This document shows positions 8,806 through 17,891 of a DNA stretch of 32,000 nucleotides, piece after piece; within the stretch, counting starts at the first letter, position 1, and every line of letters starts with the position of its first letter. Below the pieces are notes generated by a model. The model did no database searches. It had not been told where the DNA came from and was given only the letters and a program-made list of their open reading frames with translations. A program made the position numbers and the translations under genes. The stretch is from Microcystis aeruginosa NIES-843 (GTDB taxonomy: Bacteria > Cyanobacteriota > Cyanobacteriia > Cyanobacteriales > Microcystaceae): assembly GCF_000010625.1 (NCBI RefSeq), contig NC_010296.1:3690001-3722000 (forward strand), read 5' to 3'.

Positions 8806-10188
8806 ATGACAAATCTCCAGTGGACTAGCTATGATTGTATCGTTGTCGGGGCGGGATTAGCAGGATTAATCGCCGCGCGTAATCTCCAGAGGCGAGGTCA
8901 TCAAGTTCTGGTAATCGAAGCGCGAAATCGTTACGGTGGCAGAATGTCTGGTCAATATCTCCCCTCCGGACAGTGGATCGATCGAGGTGGTCAGTGGGTG
9001 GGTCCAACCCAAGAGCGTTTTTTAGCTCTCCTCGACGAGTATAAAATACGTCGTTTTCCCTCTCCCAATCAGGGAAAAACTGTCCTAGTGTTCAACAACA
9101 AACGCTATGAATTCAATGGTTTTTTTCAAGGTTTCCACGAGGGAGAAGTACCCGATATCGGCACGGAAGAATGGCAAGATGCGATGTCAGCATGGGCGCG
9201 TTTTCAAGAACTAACCAAAACCCTACCTTCAGGTTATCCCCAAAGCAACGATCACACCAAAAAACTAGACAGTAAAACTTTTGCCCAGTGGATTGAAGAA
9301 AACACCAGCACAGATTTTGGTCAATGGTATTTTGCTTATATGGCGCGTGCAGTGGGTTTTCTCGGGCCGGCCGAACCCAACCAAGTCTCACTACTGCACG
9401 TTCTTTGGGGACAAAATTGCGCCCCTCAGGCCGAACATCCAGAAGCCGAACTGATCCATGGCGGAGCGGGACAAATTCCCGACAAGATCGCGGCGGAGTT
9501 AGGAGAGCGAATTCGACTGGGGGAACCGGTTTTTCGCCTTAATTACGACTCGGCCGGCGTGACCGTAGAAACCAGCCAGAACACTTTTACCGCCAAATTT
9601 GCCATCATTGCCATGCCGCCCCATCTTGCCGGCCGCATTATTTATCATCCCCCGCTGCCACCCCAGCGAGAACAACTAACCCAACGAGTACCGATGGGAT
9701 GCTGCGCTAAAATCCTGATTTCCTACGAGCAACCTTTCTGGCGAAAACAGGGACTAGCGGGAGTTGCTCAGGGGAATTGTCAATGGTTGGAACTCTGTGC
9801 TGATAGTTCCGATCCCGAAACCGGCGTCGGGGTAATCGCCACCTTTGTGGTTGGCGATCGCTATAGTCGTTGGCGCTCCATGAGTAGTCCGGCGCGCCGT
9901 GCCGCCGTCCTCTCGGATTTAGCTATTTATTTCGGCCAAGAGGCCCTTTTCCCGATCAGTTACGATGAGGTGGATTGGCCCGGGGATCCCTGGACTGGTG
10001 GCGCATATTCCGCTTTTATGCCCCCCGGAGTCTGGACAAGTTTCGGCGAGGCTCTTTTTACTCCCGTCGGACCGATTCACTGGGCCGGCACAGAAATGGC
10101 CGATCGCTGGCCGGGATTTTTTGAGGGAGCGATCCGCACCGGTGAGGCGGCGGCCGATCGAATCGCCTTCCTTTTGCGGGAAAAATGA
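8806..10188 (+). CDS. Flavin-containing amine oxidase family oxidoreductase
   Basis: N-terminal dinucleotide fold YDCIVVGAGLAGLIAARNL...VIEARNRYGGR. C-terminal WAGTE...GFFEGAIRTGE is typical of amine oxidases. Confidence 0.75.
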   Translation: MTNLQWTSYDCIVVGAGLAGLIAARNLQRRGHQVLVIEARNRYGGRMSGQYLPSGQWIDRGGQWVGPTQERFLALLDEYKIRRFPSPNQGKTVLVFNNKRYEFNGFFQGFHEGEVPDIGTEEWQDAMSAWARFQELTKTLPSGYPQSNDHTKKLDSKTFAQWIEENTSTDFGQWYFAYMARAVGFLGPAEPNQVSLLHVLWGQNCAPQAEHPEAELIHGGAGQIPDKIAAELGERIRLGEPVFRLNYDSAGVTVETSQNTFTAKFAIIAMPPHLAGRIIYHPPLPPQREQLTQRVPMGCCAKILISYEQPFWRKQGLAGVAQGNCQWLELCADSSDPETGVGVIATFVVGDRYSRWRSMSSPARRAAVLSDLAIYFGQEALFPISYDEVDWPGDPWTGGAYSAFMPPGVWTSFGEALFTPVGPIHWAGTEMADRWPGFFEGAIRTGEAAADRIAFLLREK

Positions 10189-10267
10189 GCATCTACAGGG
10201 CTACGCCACCTTTTAGGTCAAAAAAGTCATCATAGTCAAGTTTCGGGGCTAATAGGGCATAAAAATC

Positions 10268-12793
10268 CTAAATCATCACTATTTCGCCCTGGTAATGTTC
10301 GACGAAATATTGGACACGATGACGATATTCTTTAATTGTCCGATCGACCCATTCCCGCTGCTCACTGTTAGCATAGATATGCACTAAAGGTTCTCCGGCA
10401 TCGGGTAAAATCAATACCCAGTCATCATTAAGGGGATTAATCACCTTCACCCCATCGATTAACTCTAGATTATCGGTAGCGTGAGTTTCCACCAGATAGC
10501 GCATCAAGGATCCCTTGACTTTCCAAGGACAACGCACCGCCGTATTCTTATTGTAAATGCGCGGTAACTCGGCCCGCACCTGAGCTAGAGAACGTTCCTG
10601 AATGGTTAACATCTCCAAAAGTTTCGCCACGCTGAACATGGCATCGAAACCGGGATGTAATTGCGGAAAAATAAAGCCAGTTTGCCCAGAGCCTCCTAAA
10701 ACCACATTAGGATTGGTTTGACATCCTTCCATTAAAGCGCTAGGACTGGCTTTTGTCCGCACCACCCGGCCATCGTGACGACGTGCGATCTGTTCCACGG
10801 CACTAGAAGCATGAACCGGCACTACCACTGTACCGCGAGGATGGGCGGTCAGAATTGTATTCACCATTAGAGCAGTTAATTGTTCCCCGCGAATCGATAA
10901 ACCACTCTCATCGACGAGGACTAATTGTTCCCCGTTGGCCGAAACTTGTACCCCTAAGTTCGCTTTCAGGGCCTCCACCACATGGCCCAATTGATGGATT
11001 AGTAACTCTCTTTCCTGCATGGAAAGGGCATTCTGACGTAAACTGGCATTGAGAACCACGGCATCACAGCCAAATTTGGCCAGTAATTCTGGTAAAATTG
11101 CCCCTGAGACTCCGTAGGCGTAATCAATGACGATTTTGGAACCACTATTGCGAATAGCCTCTACATTTAGCTGAGTTTCAAAGGTTTTGCGGTAATTATC
11201 GAGAATATCAGCCGGATAGGACATACTGCCGATTTCCTGCATTCCCACCCGTCGCAGATCTTCTTTGAAATAGGCCCCTTCGATTTTCTTTTCCCTCGCT
11301 TTGGAAACATTAATCCCTTTTTCGTCTAAAAACTCGATTAAGAGAAAATCCGGGCGATCGGGATGAATACGAACGTGAATGCCACCGACTACGTTTAATT
11401 TAGCCACTAAAGTCCTGGAAATCGGTAAAGCATTCGCTTGTAGGTTTTGGATATTAACTCCCACGGACATTAAACCGGCAATCAGCGATCGACTGACCAT
11501 GCGCGAGACACTACGTTGATCCCGGGAGACGATTACCGTTGACCCCGGTTTCAGAATGGAACCGTAGGATGCCCCCAGTTTAACGGCGAATTCGGGCGTG
11601 ATATCGATGTTAGCGAGGCCCGATACTCCTCGTTGACCAAAGAGGTTTTTATGGGCAGTATTTCCCCAAATCAGGTTAATATTGAGGATGGCTCCCGATT
11701 CGATCTGTTTACTCGGCCAGACTCTGACCCCGGAATTGATCTGCGCTTCTTCTCCCACGATCGATAATTGTCCGATCACCGCACCTTCGTGTACCTGGGC
11801 CCGTCGATCGATTCTGGTTCCCCTAGCGATCGTACAAGCGGCTAAATTGACCTCATCCCCGATCACCACACCATTCCAGAGGATGGGACGTTTCAGATCG
11901 GAACCAGCACCGATGGTGACATTATCGCCGATAACCGAACCCCTCTCGATCAGAACATTTGCACCAACGCGGCAATGATTGCCGATCATGGCCGGGGCCT
12001 CAATGTGGGCGCTAGGATCGATATAGGTATTAGTACCGACCCACACCCCGGGGGATTTTTCTCGATAGGGAAATTCTAGGTTAACTTTGCCGGATAAAGC
12101 GTCGTATTGCGCTTCTCGGTAGGCCTCCAGATGACCGACATCGCACCAATAACCATCGGCCACATAACCATACATAGGTTCGCCCCTTTGCAGCAGCAGC
12201 GGAAACAAATCTTTAGAAAAGTCGGCTTCTTCTTTGTAGGGGAGATAATCAAGGACTTCTGGTTCGAGAATATAGGTTCCGGTGTTGACAGTATCGGAAA
12301 AAATCTCGCTGGTGGATGGTTTTTCGATAAAACGGCGAATTCTGCCTTCTTTGTCGGTAATCACTACCCCAAATTCGATCGGATTGGCAACCCGCGTCAG
12401 GACGAGGGTTGCTTTCGAGTTTTTACTTTTATGGAATGCGATCGCTTTTTGCAGGTCAAAATCGGTGATACTATCGCCACTAATCACCAGAAAGGTATCA
12501 TCTAACCATTCGGCAATATTTTTCACACATCCTGCGGTGCCTAGGGGTTGATCCTCCTCCACAGCGTAGGTGATTTTTACCCCAAAGTCGCTGCCGTCTT
12601 GAAAGTAGTCGCGCATGACATCGGGGAGATAGTGCAGGGTGGTGATAATTTCGGTAATGTCATGCTTTCGCAGTAAATTAATAATATGTTCGGCGATCGG
12701 ACGGTTGAGAATCGGAACCATCGGTTTGGGAAGATCACAAGTAAGCGGACGTAATCTTGTCCCTGAACCACCTGCCATTAATACCGCTCGCAT
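10268..12793 (-). CDS. Bifunctional sugar-1-phosphate nucleotidyltransferase / phosphohexomutase (the type annotated as mannose-1-phosphate guanylyltransferase in cyanobacteria), 841 aa
   Basis: N-terminal [18 protein letters not shown] nucleotidyltransferase loop. A central hexapeptide-repeat region is followed by a C-terminal phosphogluco/phosphomannomutase-like half. All internal antisense ORFs in the track are taken as spurious. Confidence 0.8.
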   Translation of the reverse strand: MRAVLMAGGSGTRLRPLTCDLPKPMVPILNRPIAEHIINLLRKHDITEIITTLHYLPDVMRDYFQDGSDFGVKITYAVEEDQPLGTAGCVKNIAEWLDDTFLVISGDSITDFDLQKAIAFHKSKNSKATLVLTRVANPIEFGVVITDKEGRIRRFIEKPSTSEIFSDTVNTGTYILEPEVLDYLPYKEEADFSKDLFPLLLQRGEPMYGYVADGYWCDVGHLEAYREAQYDALSGKVNLEFPYREKSPGVWVGTNTYIDPSAHIEAPAMIGNHCRVGANVLIERGSVIGDNVTIGAGSDLKRPILWNGVVIGDEVNLAACTIARGTRIDRRAQVHEGAVIGQLSIVGEEAQINSGVRVWPSKQIESGAILNINLIWGNTAHKNLFGQRGVSGLANIDITPEFAVKLGASYGSILKPGSTVIVSRDQRSVSRMVSRSLIAGLMSVGVNIQNLQANALPISRTLVAKLNVVGGIHVRIHPDRPDFLLIEFLDEKGINVSKAREKKIEGAYFKEDLRRVGMQEIGSMSYPADILDNYRKTFETQLNVEAIRNSGSKIVIDYAYGVSGAILPELLAKFGCDAVVLNASLRQNALSMQERELLIHQLGHVVEALKANLGVQVSANGEQLVLVDESGLSIRGEQLTALMVNTILTAHPRGTVVVPVHASSAVEQIARRHDGRVVRTKASPSALMEGCQTNPNVVLGGSGQTGFIFPQLHPGFDAMFSVAKLLEMLTIQERSLAQVRAELPRIYNKNTAVRCPWKVKGSLMRYLVETHATDNLELIDGVKVINPLNDDWVLILPDAGEPLVHIYANSEQREWVDRTIKEYRHRVQYFVEHYQGEIVMI

Positions 12794-13879
12794 AATTTCC
12801 TCCCAAGGCTATCTTTTCGCCGTTTTTAAATAGTTTTTTCAAATTCTGGCTTTAGTTTCCCGACCTCGATCGAGCCAGTTCCTAACCGGCATTCTAACAC
12901 CGTCCCCCCGATTCAGAACAATATTTTCTTTTCCCAAGTCGGCAAAACCAAAGCTTAAAATAGGAGATGTGAATTCTCTAAATTCAAGGATGAGATGGCA
13001 TGAGACTGGTTATTTTTATCTTATAGTTATTTCAAATAAGAACGAGACACTAGGCGACACAATAAGTACGAATAATTTCATCAAGGGGTGTCCCCACAGG
13101 AGCATACATTCTTGCCCTCTTTAATGCACTAAAATCATGTTCGATATCATTTAAATCAGGAGAGTATTTTGGCAAAAACACGACCTGATGACCTGCTTCC
13201 TCTACCAGTTGTTTAATGACTGTCTTCCGATGAATTGGTGCATTATCCATAATTAATACTGATGTTATGGTTAGAGAGGGCAACAAATATAAAGATAACC
13301 ACCCTTCAAAACCTTCGGCATTCAGGCTTCTCGTAAATACCATCGGTGCAATAAAGTCTTTTTTTCCCTTTCTTCTACCAGCGACAAGGTTCTCTCTTTT
13401 TCCTCGTTTTCCTTGTCTATCTCCAAAGACTTTCTTCCCTTTTTTTGACCAAGCATAAAAACAGGCTTGAAATTCTTCAAACCCTGACTCATCAATAAAT
13501 ACAAGGCTTTCACTTCCATATATTTTAATCAATTCTCTCAGCACTCTGTAGTATTTCATTCTTTCTTCTCGGTTTCTTTCTCTATAACGAAGTTCCTTCT
13601 TTTTTCTGGTAACTTTCATGTTTTTTAAGGCATAGCAAATGGCACTTGGTCTCACTCCAAATTTCTCGGCTCTGTCTCTTAATCTTGCCTCGGGATTTTC
13701 TTGGACATCTTTTGACAGTGCTTTCCAGTCCAGCTTTCTCTGACGGTGTTTTACCTTTGTTGCTTCCAGTTTTTCCCTACCTAGCCATCTATATATCGTC
13801 GCTCTTCCTATATTAAATAGAGCGGCGGCTTTGGTTATGCTTCCCCCATTCTCTACATAATCGATTACTTTTTTTCTCC

Positions 13880-14969
13880 GCCAATTCAAAAATGAAACGC
13901 ATCAACCTCAAGAGTTGACAAAGAAAGGCTCATCAGGTACTGTCTGATCATTAACAAAAACAAATCAGACCCAAAAATGAGCCACCAACATCTTAACATA
14001 GAACAAAGAAACTTGCTCTACCAACTTAGTCAGGAGGGAAATTTATCTCAACGGCAAATGGCCGTCTGGCTCGGATGTCATCAAAGCACAATATCACGGG
14101 AATTAAAAAGGAATCAAAGTTCCCTTGGCTGCTATCTACCTGACACAGCACAAGCTCAAAGCGAGACAAGGCGAAAAAATGCCAAACAACCCTTTAAAAA
14201 TGTCAGCGAGTCAGCCTTAGAGTTGGTCAAAGAAGGATTGAAAGATTATCATAGTCCCGAACAAATAGCAGGTCGTCTGAAAAGAGCCAGTCAAGAATCT
14301 CTCAGTCACGAAACCATCTATCAAATGATCTATCAGAACTATCACGGATGTGGAGAGTACCAGAAATATTTACGCCGGGGGCTTTGTCAAAGAAAGAGTC
14401 GAGGCGGAGCAAAAAGTAAGCGTGGAGGGATTCCAGGGCGTGTAGATATCAGCGAGCGACCAGTAATTGCTGACCAGAAAACTGAAATCGGTCATTGGGA
14501 AAGTGACACAATGATTGGAGGCAATCATCTAGGAGTTCTCGTTACTCATGTAGACAAGGCCTCGAAATTTCTAGTAGCAGGATTAGCCAAAAACAAAACC
14601 GCATCGGAAATCAATAGAGTCACAGAAAAACTTTTTCAAGAGATTCACCCTGACAAAAGAAAAACCTTTACTTGTGACAACGGCAAAGAATTTTGTGGAC
14701 ATCAAGAGTTGAGTCAGAAATTGGGAGCAGATTTTTATTTTGCTACTCCTTATCATTCTTGGGAGAGGGGATTAAACGAGCATACTAATGGACTATTAAG
14801 ACAATTTTTTCCCAAGGGAACGAATTTTAAAATTGTTAAGCCAGAGCAGGTGGAAATAGCCGTAAACTTGATTAACAATCGTCCTCGAAAATGTCTTGAC
14901 TATCGTACCCCGAATGAGGTATTCTATAAAGGTAGATCAGACAGTGATGCAATTCAGACTTGAATTGGC
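13880..14969 (+). mobile_element. IS30-family insertion sequence (1090 bp) nested in IS630
   Basis: TIRs: GCCAATTCAAAAATGAAACGCATCA (left) and GCCAATTCAAGTCTGAATTGCATCA (right, reverse complement). Flanked by CC on both sides (2-bp TSD). Confidence 0.85.
13977..14963 (+). CDS. IS30-family transposase (328 aa, apparently intact)
   Basis: HTH N-terminus (QRQMAVWLGCHQSTISRELKRN). DDE region HWESDTMIGG...CDNGKEF...YHSWERGLNEHTNGLLRQFFPKGTNF. Confidence 0.9.
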   Translation: MSHQHLNIEQRNLLYQLSQEGNLSQRQMAVWLGCHQSTISRELKRNQSSLGCYLPDTAQAQSETRRKNAKQPFKNVSESALELVKEGLKDYHSPEQIAGRLKRASQESLSHETIYQMIYQNYHGCGEYQKYLRRGLCQRKSRGGAKSKRGGIPGRVDISERPVIADQKTEIGHWESDTMIGGNHLGVLVTHVDKASKFLVAGLAKNKTASEINRVTEKLFQEIHPDKRKTFTCDNGKEFCGHQELSQKLGADFYFATPYHSWERGLNEHTNGLLRQFFPKGTNFKIVKPEQVEIAVNLINNRPRKCLDYRTPNEVFYKGRSDSDAIQT

Positions 14970-15342
14970 CCTCAAGTCTAGGCTATAAGACATTTTTCTG
15001 TATGGGTTGCTCGTTTCTCTTGATTTTACCTTATTTTTCCCTCGTCTCACACTTATTTGAAATGACTATAATAATTGTTTATGGTGCCGGTGGTTGGAAA
15101 TTCTGGAATGGATACAGAAGCACTAATTTTAGTTCCAGTTTACCCAATCGTTTAGCTCTAACGCTGTTCTGGCCGCTTCTTTTGGCTGTTAATCCCGCCT
15201 ACCGCAAGAATTTTCAAAAAGCCCTCAAGGGCAAATAAAATTAACATACTGCCAAGGTTGTGGCCATAAAACAGAAAGTAGCTGGGTGTCGATGGCAATC
15301 AACAGTTTAGCCATGGATGGCTTATCATGGTTAGGGAAAAAA

Positions 15343-15416
15343 GGGGTCGTAGCTCAGTTGGATAGAGCGAGTGCCTCCTAAGCGCTAGGCCGCCGGTTCG
15401 ATCCCGGCCGATCCCG
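15343..15416 (+). tRNA. tRNA-Arg (anticodon CCU)
   Basis: Manual cloverleaf. Acceptor GGGGTCG/CGATCCC (one G-U). D arm GCTC-AGTTGGATA-GAGC. Anticodon stem AGTGC/GCGCT with loop CTCCTAA. T arm GCCGG-TTCGATC-CCGGC. Discriminator G. CCA not encoded. Confidence 0.9.
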
Positions 15417-15440
15417 CCTTTTTCAGTGATCAGTAAACAG

Positions 15441-15630
15441 TAAACAGTGAAAAGATACTGGGAAACTGCTATTTATAGCGCTTTTCACGTTATTGAGGTA
15501 TCGACCAGTTTTGCCAACAAAGGACTTAACCTCCTTAAACAGTGAAAAGAGACCGGGAAACTGCTATTTATAGCGCTTTTCACGTTATTGAGGTATCGAC
15601 CAGTTTTGCCAACAAAGGACTTAAGCTCCT
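15441..15630 (+). repeat. Tandem duplication, 2 x 95 bp, starting 25 bp after the tRNA
   Basis: Unit TAAACAGTGAAAAGA.AC.GGGAAACTGCTATTTATAGCGCTTTTCACGTTATTGAGGTATCGACCAGTTTTGCCAACAAAGGACTTAA.CTCCT occurs at 15441 and 15536, with 3-4 differences. Each unit has an 8-bp inverted repeat GTGAAAAG/CTTTTCAC. Confidence 0.85.
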
Positions 15631-15680
15631 TGCCCATGCCTCATTCTGATGAAAACTGCTATAGCGTTCATTATCAAAAT

Positions 15681-15960
15681 CCCACATTCCGCACCCTAAA
15701 GTGTCACATTGAAAATTTTATCTAAATCGTCAAAACGATTGCCGGCTCTGAATTACAGGCTAATTTGTTTGCCCAGCAGATGCACAATTAGCCCTAAAAA
15801 TCTGATAGCTCTGATACCAAATTATTGAGATAAACTCTCATTAAGCTGGCGATCGCTGACTAGAGTGTGACACTTCATAATTCTTAGTAATCGCTAAAAG
15901 TCTTACTATACAAGGGCTAGAGCAACTTTTGATTTCAACGACCAGGGTGCGGAATGTGGG
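15681..15960. mobile_element. 280-bp MITE
   Basis: Perfect 17-bp TIRs CCCACATTCCGCACCCT (15681..15697) and AGGGTGCGGAATGTGGG (15944..15960). Flanked by the direct repeat CAAAAT (15675..15680 and 15961..15966). No ORF. Confidence 0.75.
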
Positions 15961-15968
15961 CAAAATAT

Positions 15969-15992
15969 CTACGGGCTTAATTAAGCCCGTAG
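15969..15992 (-). terminator. Palindromic hairpin downstream of the 91-aa gene
   Basis: Perfect 24-nt palindrome CTACGGGCTTAATTAAGCCCGTAG, followed on the minus strand by ATATTTT. A third arm CTACGGG at 15999 can pair alternatively with CCCGTAG. Confidence 0.45.
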
Positions 15993-16018
15993 GCACGGCT
16001 ACGGGCAACTTCTAGAGG

Positions 16019-16294
16019 TTAGGCTTGATCGCTTCTGTTCTCGTTAATCTGTCGGATGATTTCAATCATTTGAGCGTGTCGATCATCCATTCTCTCTAGA
16101 TGCCGGTAAAAATCGGCTTGAGTCTCATAAAAATCTGATTGTGCGCTTGCTATTCGAGCTAGGTAATCGTAAAGCCCTTTTTTCTCCTGTTTCCGTTCTT
16201 CGCGGTCACTAGCGACGGCATCAGCTAGGGCTTGAATAGCGCGAGCGTTCGATTCCACTATTTTCTCGATCCGCTCTAATCTGTCTTCTGACAT
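16019..16294 (-). CDS. Hypothetical coiled-coil protein (91 aa)
   Basis: Clean ORF with a charged heptad-like sequence and a hairpin after the stop. No domain recognised. Confidence 0.55.
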   Translation of the reverse strand: MSEDRLERIEKIVESNARAIQALADAVASDREERKQEKKGLYDYLARIASAQSDFYETQADFYRHLERMDDRHAQMIEIIRQINENRSDQA

Positions 16295-16501
16295 TTTGGT
16301 AAACTCCTAATAGACTAATTTCTTGTCCCCCACCGATGCCCGTCGGATGGCGGAATAATACTAAATCCGTTGAGTATAGGCTATATATCAGGACAGCCGA
16401 ACGGCAAAAGGCAAAAGGGGGAATAAATAACCAGTTTTTAATAACCGGATTTAGTATCACTCAAAACTTAAAACTGATCACTGATCACTGATAACTGCTA
16501 T

Positions 16502-17050
16502 TTATCTTCTCATTCTGCCCTTAATTTGATACCAAAGCCTTCTTAAACGTAGATCGAGAGAAAAACCCCGACGGGTGGGAATAACAATCGTGCCACCGAT
16601 GCGATCGTGGAAAGCGCGGTTCAATTGCTCATCACCGATCGCCATACCACAATCGGCGAAAAGGGGCGAAGATAATAAAATCAAGCTTAAAGGATTGCCA
16701 AAAAAAGTATTTAACCCTACCATCATTAAAGCTGCCCCGCCACCAGCGATCGCCTCTCGTTTGCTTAACTCCAAAATTCCGGGTAAACGCTGAAGTTGTA
16801 GATCGATGATCTTCATATCCAGGGCCCAACGTCCTAAACTCTGACCCTGATTCTGCGCTACCAATAACACCCGCAAACACCACCAAATCAGGAGAAAAAG
16901 GAAAAATTGTAGTACAGGCGAACTGTTAGCAAAGGAGCTTAAAAACCAGATCGAGGCAAAGTCGATCAGGAAAGCATAGGCACGACGATCTAAGGGAATT
17001 TTCGGAAATTTTTGCGGTAGATTATCTTCAGGTGGGATCGGGTAAACCAT
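16502..17050 (-). CDS. RDD-family membrane protein
   Basis: N-terminal RRAYAFLIDF pattern followed by hydrophobic segments and a second conserved D (FHDRIGGTIV), as in RDD domains. Confidence 0.65.
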   Translation of the reverse strand: MVYPIPPEDNLPQKFPKIPLDRRAYAFLIDFASIWFLSSFANSSPVLQFFLFLLIWWCLRVLLVAQNQGQSLGRWALDMKIIDLQLQRLPGILELSKREAIAGGGAALMMVGLNTFFGNPLSLILLSSPLFADCGMAIGDEQLNRAFHDRIGGTIVIPTRRGFSLDLRLRRLWYQIKGRMRR

Positions 17051-17053
17051 AAA

Positions 17054-17233
17054 AGATCTCTTGTAAAAATCAAAAATTGTTGTTAGGGTTAGGAGTCAGT
17101 AGCCAGTAGTCAGTAGTCAGGAGAATTAAGAATGAATGATAATCAGTTAAATGGTCTATTTACAGACTTTATCCCATTTAATCCTTATTTTTGCCGTTTT
17201 TGAACCCTGAAAAATTAATTATGCAAGAGATTT
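17054..17233. mobile_element. About 180-bp MITE with termini related to the IS5-like element at 23393..24340
   Basis: Left end AGATCTCTTGTAAAAATC compares with IS end AGATCTCTTGCAAAAGTAATC. Right end TTATGCAAGAGATTT compares with IS end TTATGCAAGAGATCT. The interior holds AGTCAGT-type heptamers. A further TIR-like TTTTTGCAGGAGATAT lies at about 17385..17400. Confidence 0.55.
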
Positions 17234-17464
17234 AAAGTAAATTCTCGGAAAAATCCTGCGGTTTATCTTCTACTCTAATCGGGAAATTGGCAATTCTAGG
17301 ATAGTTGTCCCTTGTCTTTTTTCTCCCCCTGTCTCGGAGTCTTCTGTCTGGGAGTCTGCTTACCTAACCGAAGATTTTTGATTTTTGCAGGAGATATAAT
17401 TATTAATCGACTCGGAGATCTAAGCTACCATTGAGCAAAGGTAGCCCAGAATACAGGGATAATC

Positions 17465-17824
17465 ATGGAGCAAGATTCATTAACAACGGAGGTTATTCTA
17501 ACCCATCCGCGGCAAAGTTTGGGAGAGATCCAATTGGATTGGATGCCACAACCGGGTAATTATTTGGCCTTAAAAGGACAAACCTACGCAGTTTTGGAAC
17601 GTCACCACCAGTATCAATACAAGATTGGTGGCTATTGTTTACGCAAAATTTCCCTTTATGTACAAACTGCTCCCACTCCTAACGAAAAAAGTTTGATTGA
17701 AGGACGTTGGGTGATGGGGGATGCTAGTTGTCGTTTTAACGCCAGATCTGAACTGTTGCGCTGTGCGATTAACCCCCCAGGTCCCTGTCAAGATTGTCGT
17801 TTTTACGAAGCTATTAACCCTTAA
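17465..17824 (+). CDS. Conserved hypothetical with a C-terminal four-Cys motif (paralog of 28744..29049; possibly the cyanobacterial DUF6464 family)
   Basis: GDASCRFNARSELLRCAINPPGPCQDCRFYEA aligns with GDLSCRFNAYSPHLRCAVNPTGPCEGCRQYEA in the second gene. Confidence 0.7.
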   Translation: MEQDSLTTEVILTHPRQSLGEIQLDWMPQPGNYLALKGQTYAVLERHHQYQYKIGGYCLRKISLYVQTAPTPNEKSLIEGRWVMGDASCRFNARSELLRCAINPPGPCQDCRFYEAINP

Positions 17825-17891
17825 AAGAGCCTTTTTCGGCAATAATCTGGCTATTTTTCCCCTAGCTAACCACTATATTGATCAATCGCCT

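Larger units (their letters stand above)
13050..14993 (-). pseudogene. IS630-family transposase interrupted after codon 8 by IS30
   Basis: The real start MSYSLDLR is at 14993..14970. It continues in frame at 13879 (RKKVIDYVENGGSITKAA...DNAPIHR...LPKYSPDLNDIE). The MNWR start in the track (TTG at 13889) lies inside the IS30 terminal repeat. Confidence 0.85.
13024..15068 (-). mobile_element. IS630-family element (about 953 bp of its own sequence) carrying a nested IS30
   Basis: TIRs: TAGTTATTTCAAATAAGAACGAGAC (13024 onward) and TAGTCATTTCAAATAAGTGTGAGAC (reverse complement of the end at 15068). TA duplicated at 13022..13023 and 15069..15070, as expected for IS630/Tc1. Confidence 0.85.
13000..15238 (+). 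pseudogene. Small membrane-protein gene (about 63 codons) split after codon 8 by the IS630/IS30 composite
   Basis: Removing 13024..15070 joins ATGAGACTGGTTATTTTTATCTTA (13000..13023) in frame to ATAATTGTTTATGGT... (15071 onward). The product is MRLVIFIL|IIVYGAGGWKFWNGYRSTNFSSSLPNRLALTLFWPLLLAVNPAYRKNFQKALKGK. Confidence 0.6.

Noticed and set aside
10855-12833. Seven short ORFs overlapping the 841-aa gene, and similar ones inside 8806..10188
   Set aside because: They are antisense or out-of-frame shadows of long, motif-supported genes.
14960-15061. First ~34 codons of track ORF 14960..15238
   Set aside because: They are encoded by the IS30 terminal repeat and the IS630 5' end on the wrong strand. 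Only the part from 15071 belongs to the host small ORF.
16358-16457. 100-bp segment bounded by perfect 12-bp inverted repeats (ATACTAAATCCG / CGGATTTAGTAT), possibly a tiny MITE or structured RNA
   Set aside because: It is a single copy in the window, has no clear TSD, and gives no further evidence either way.
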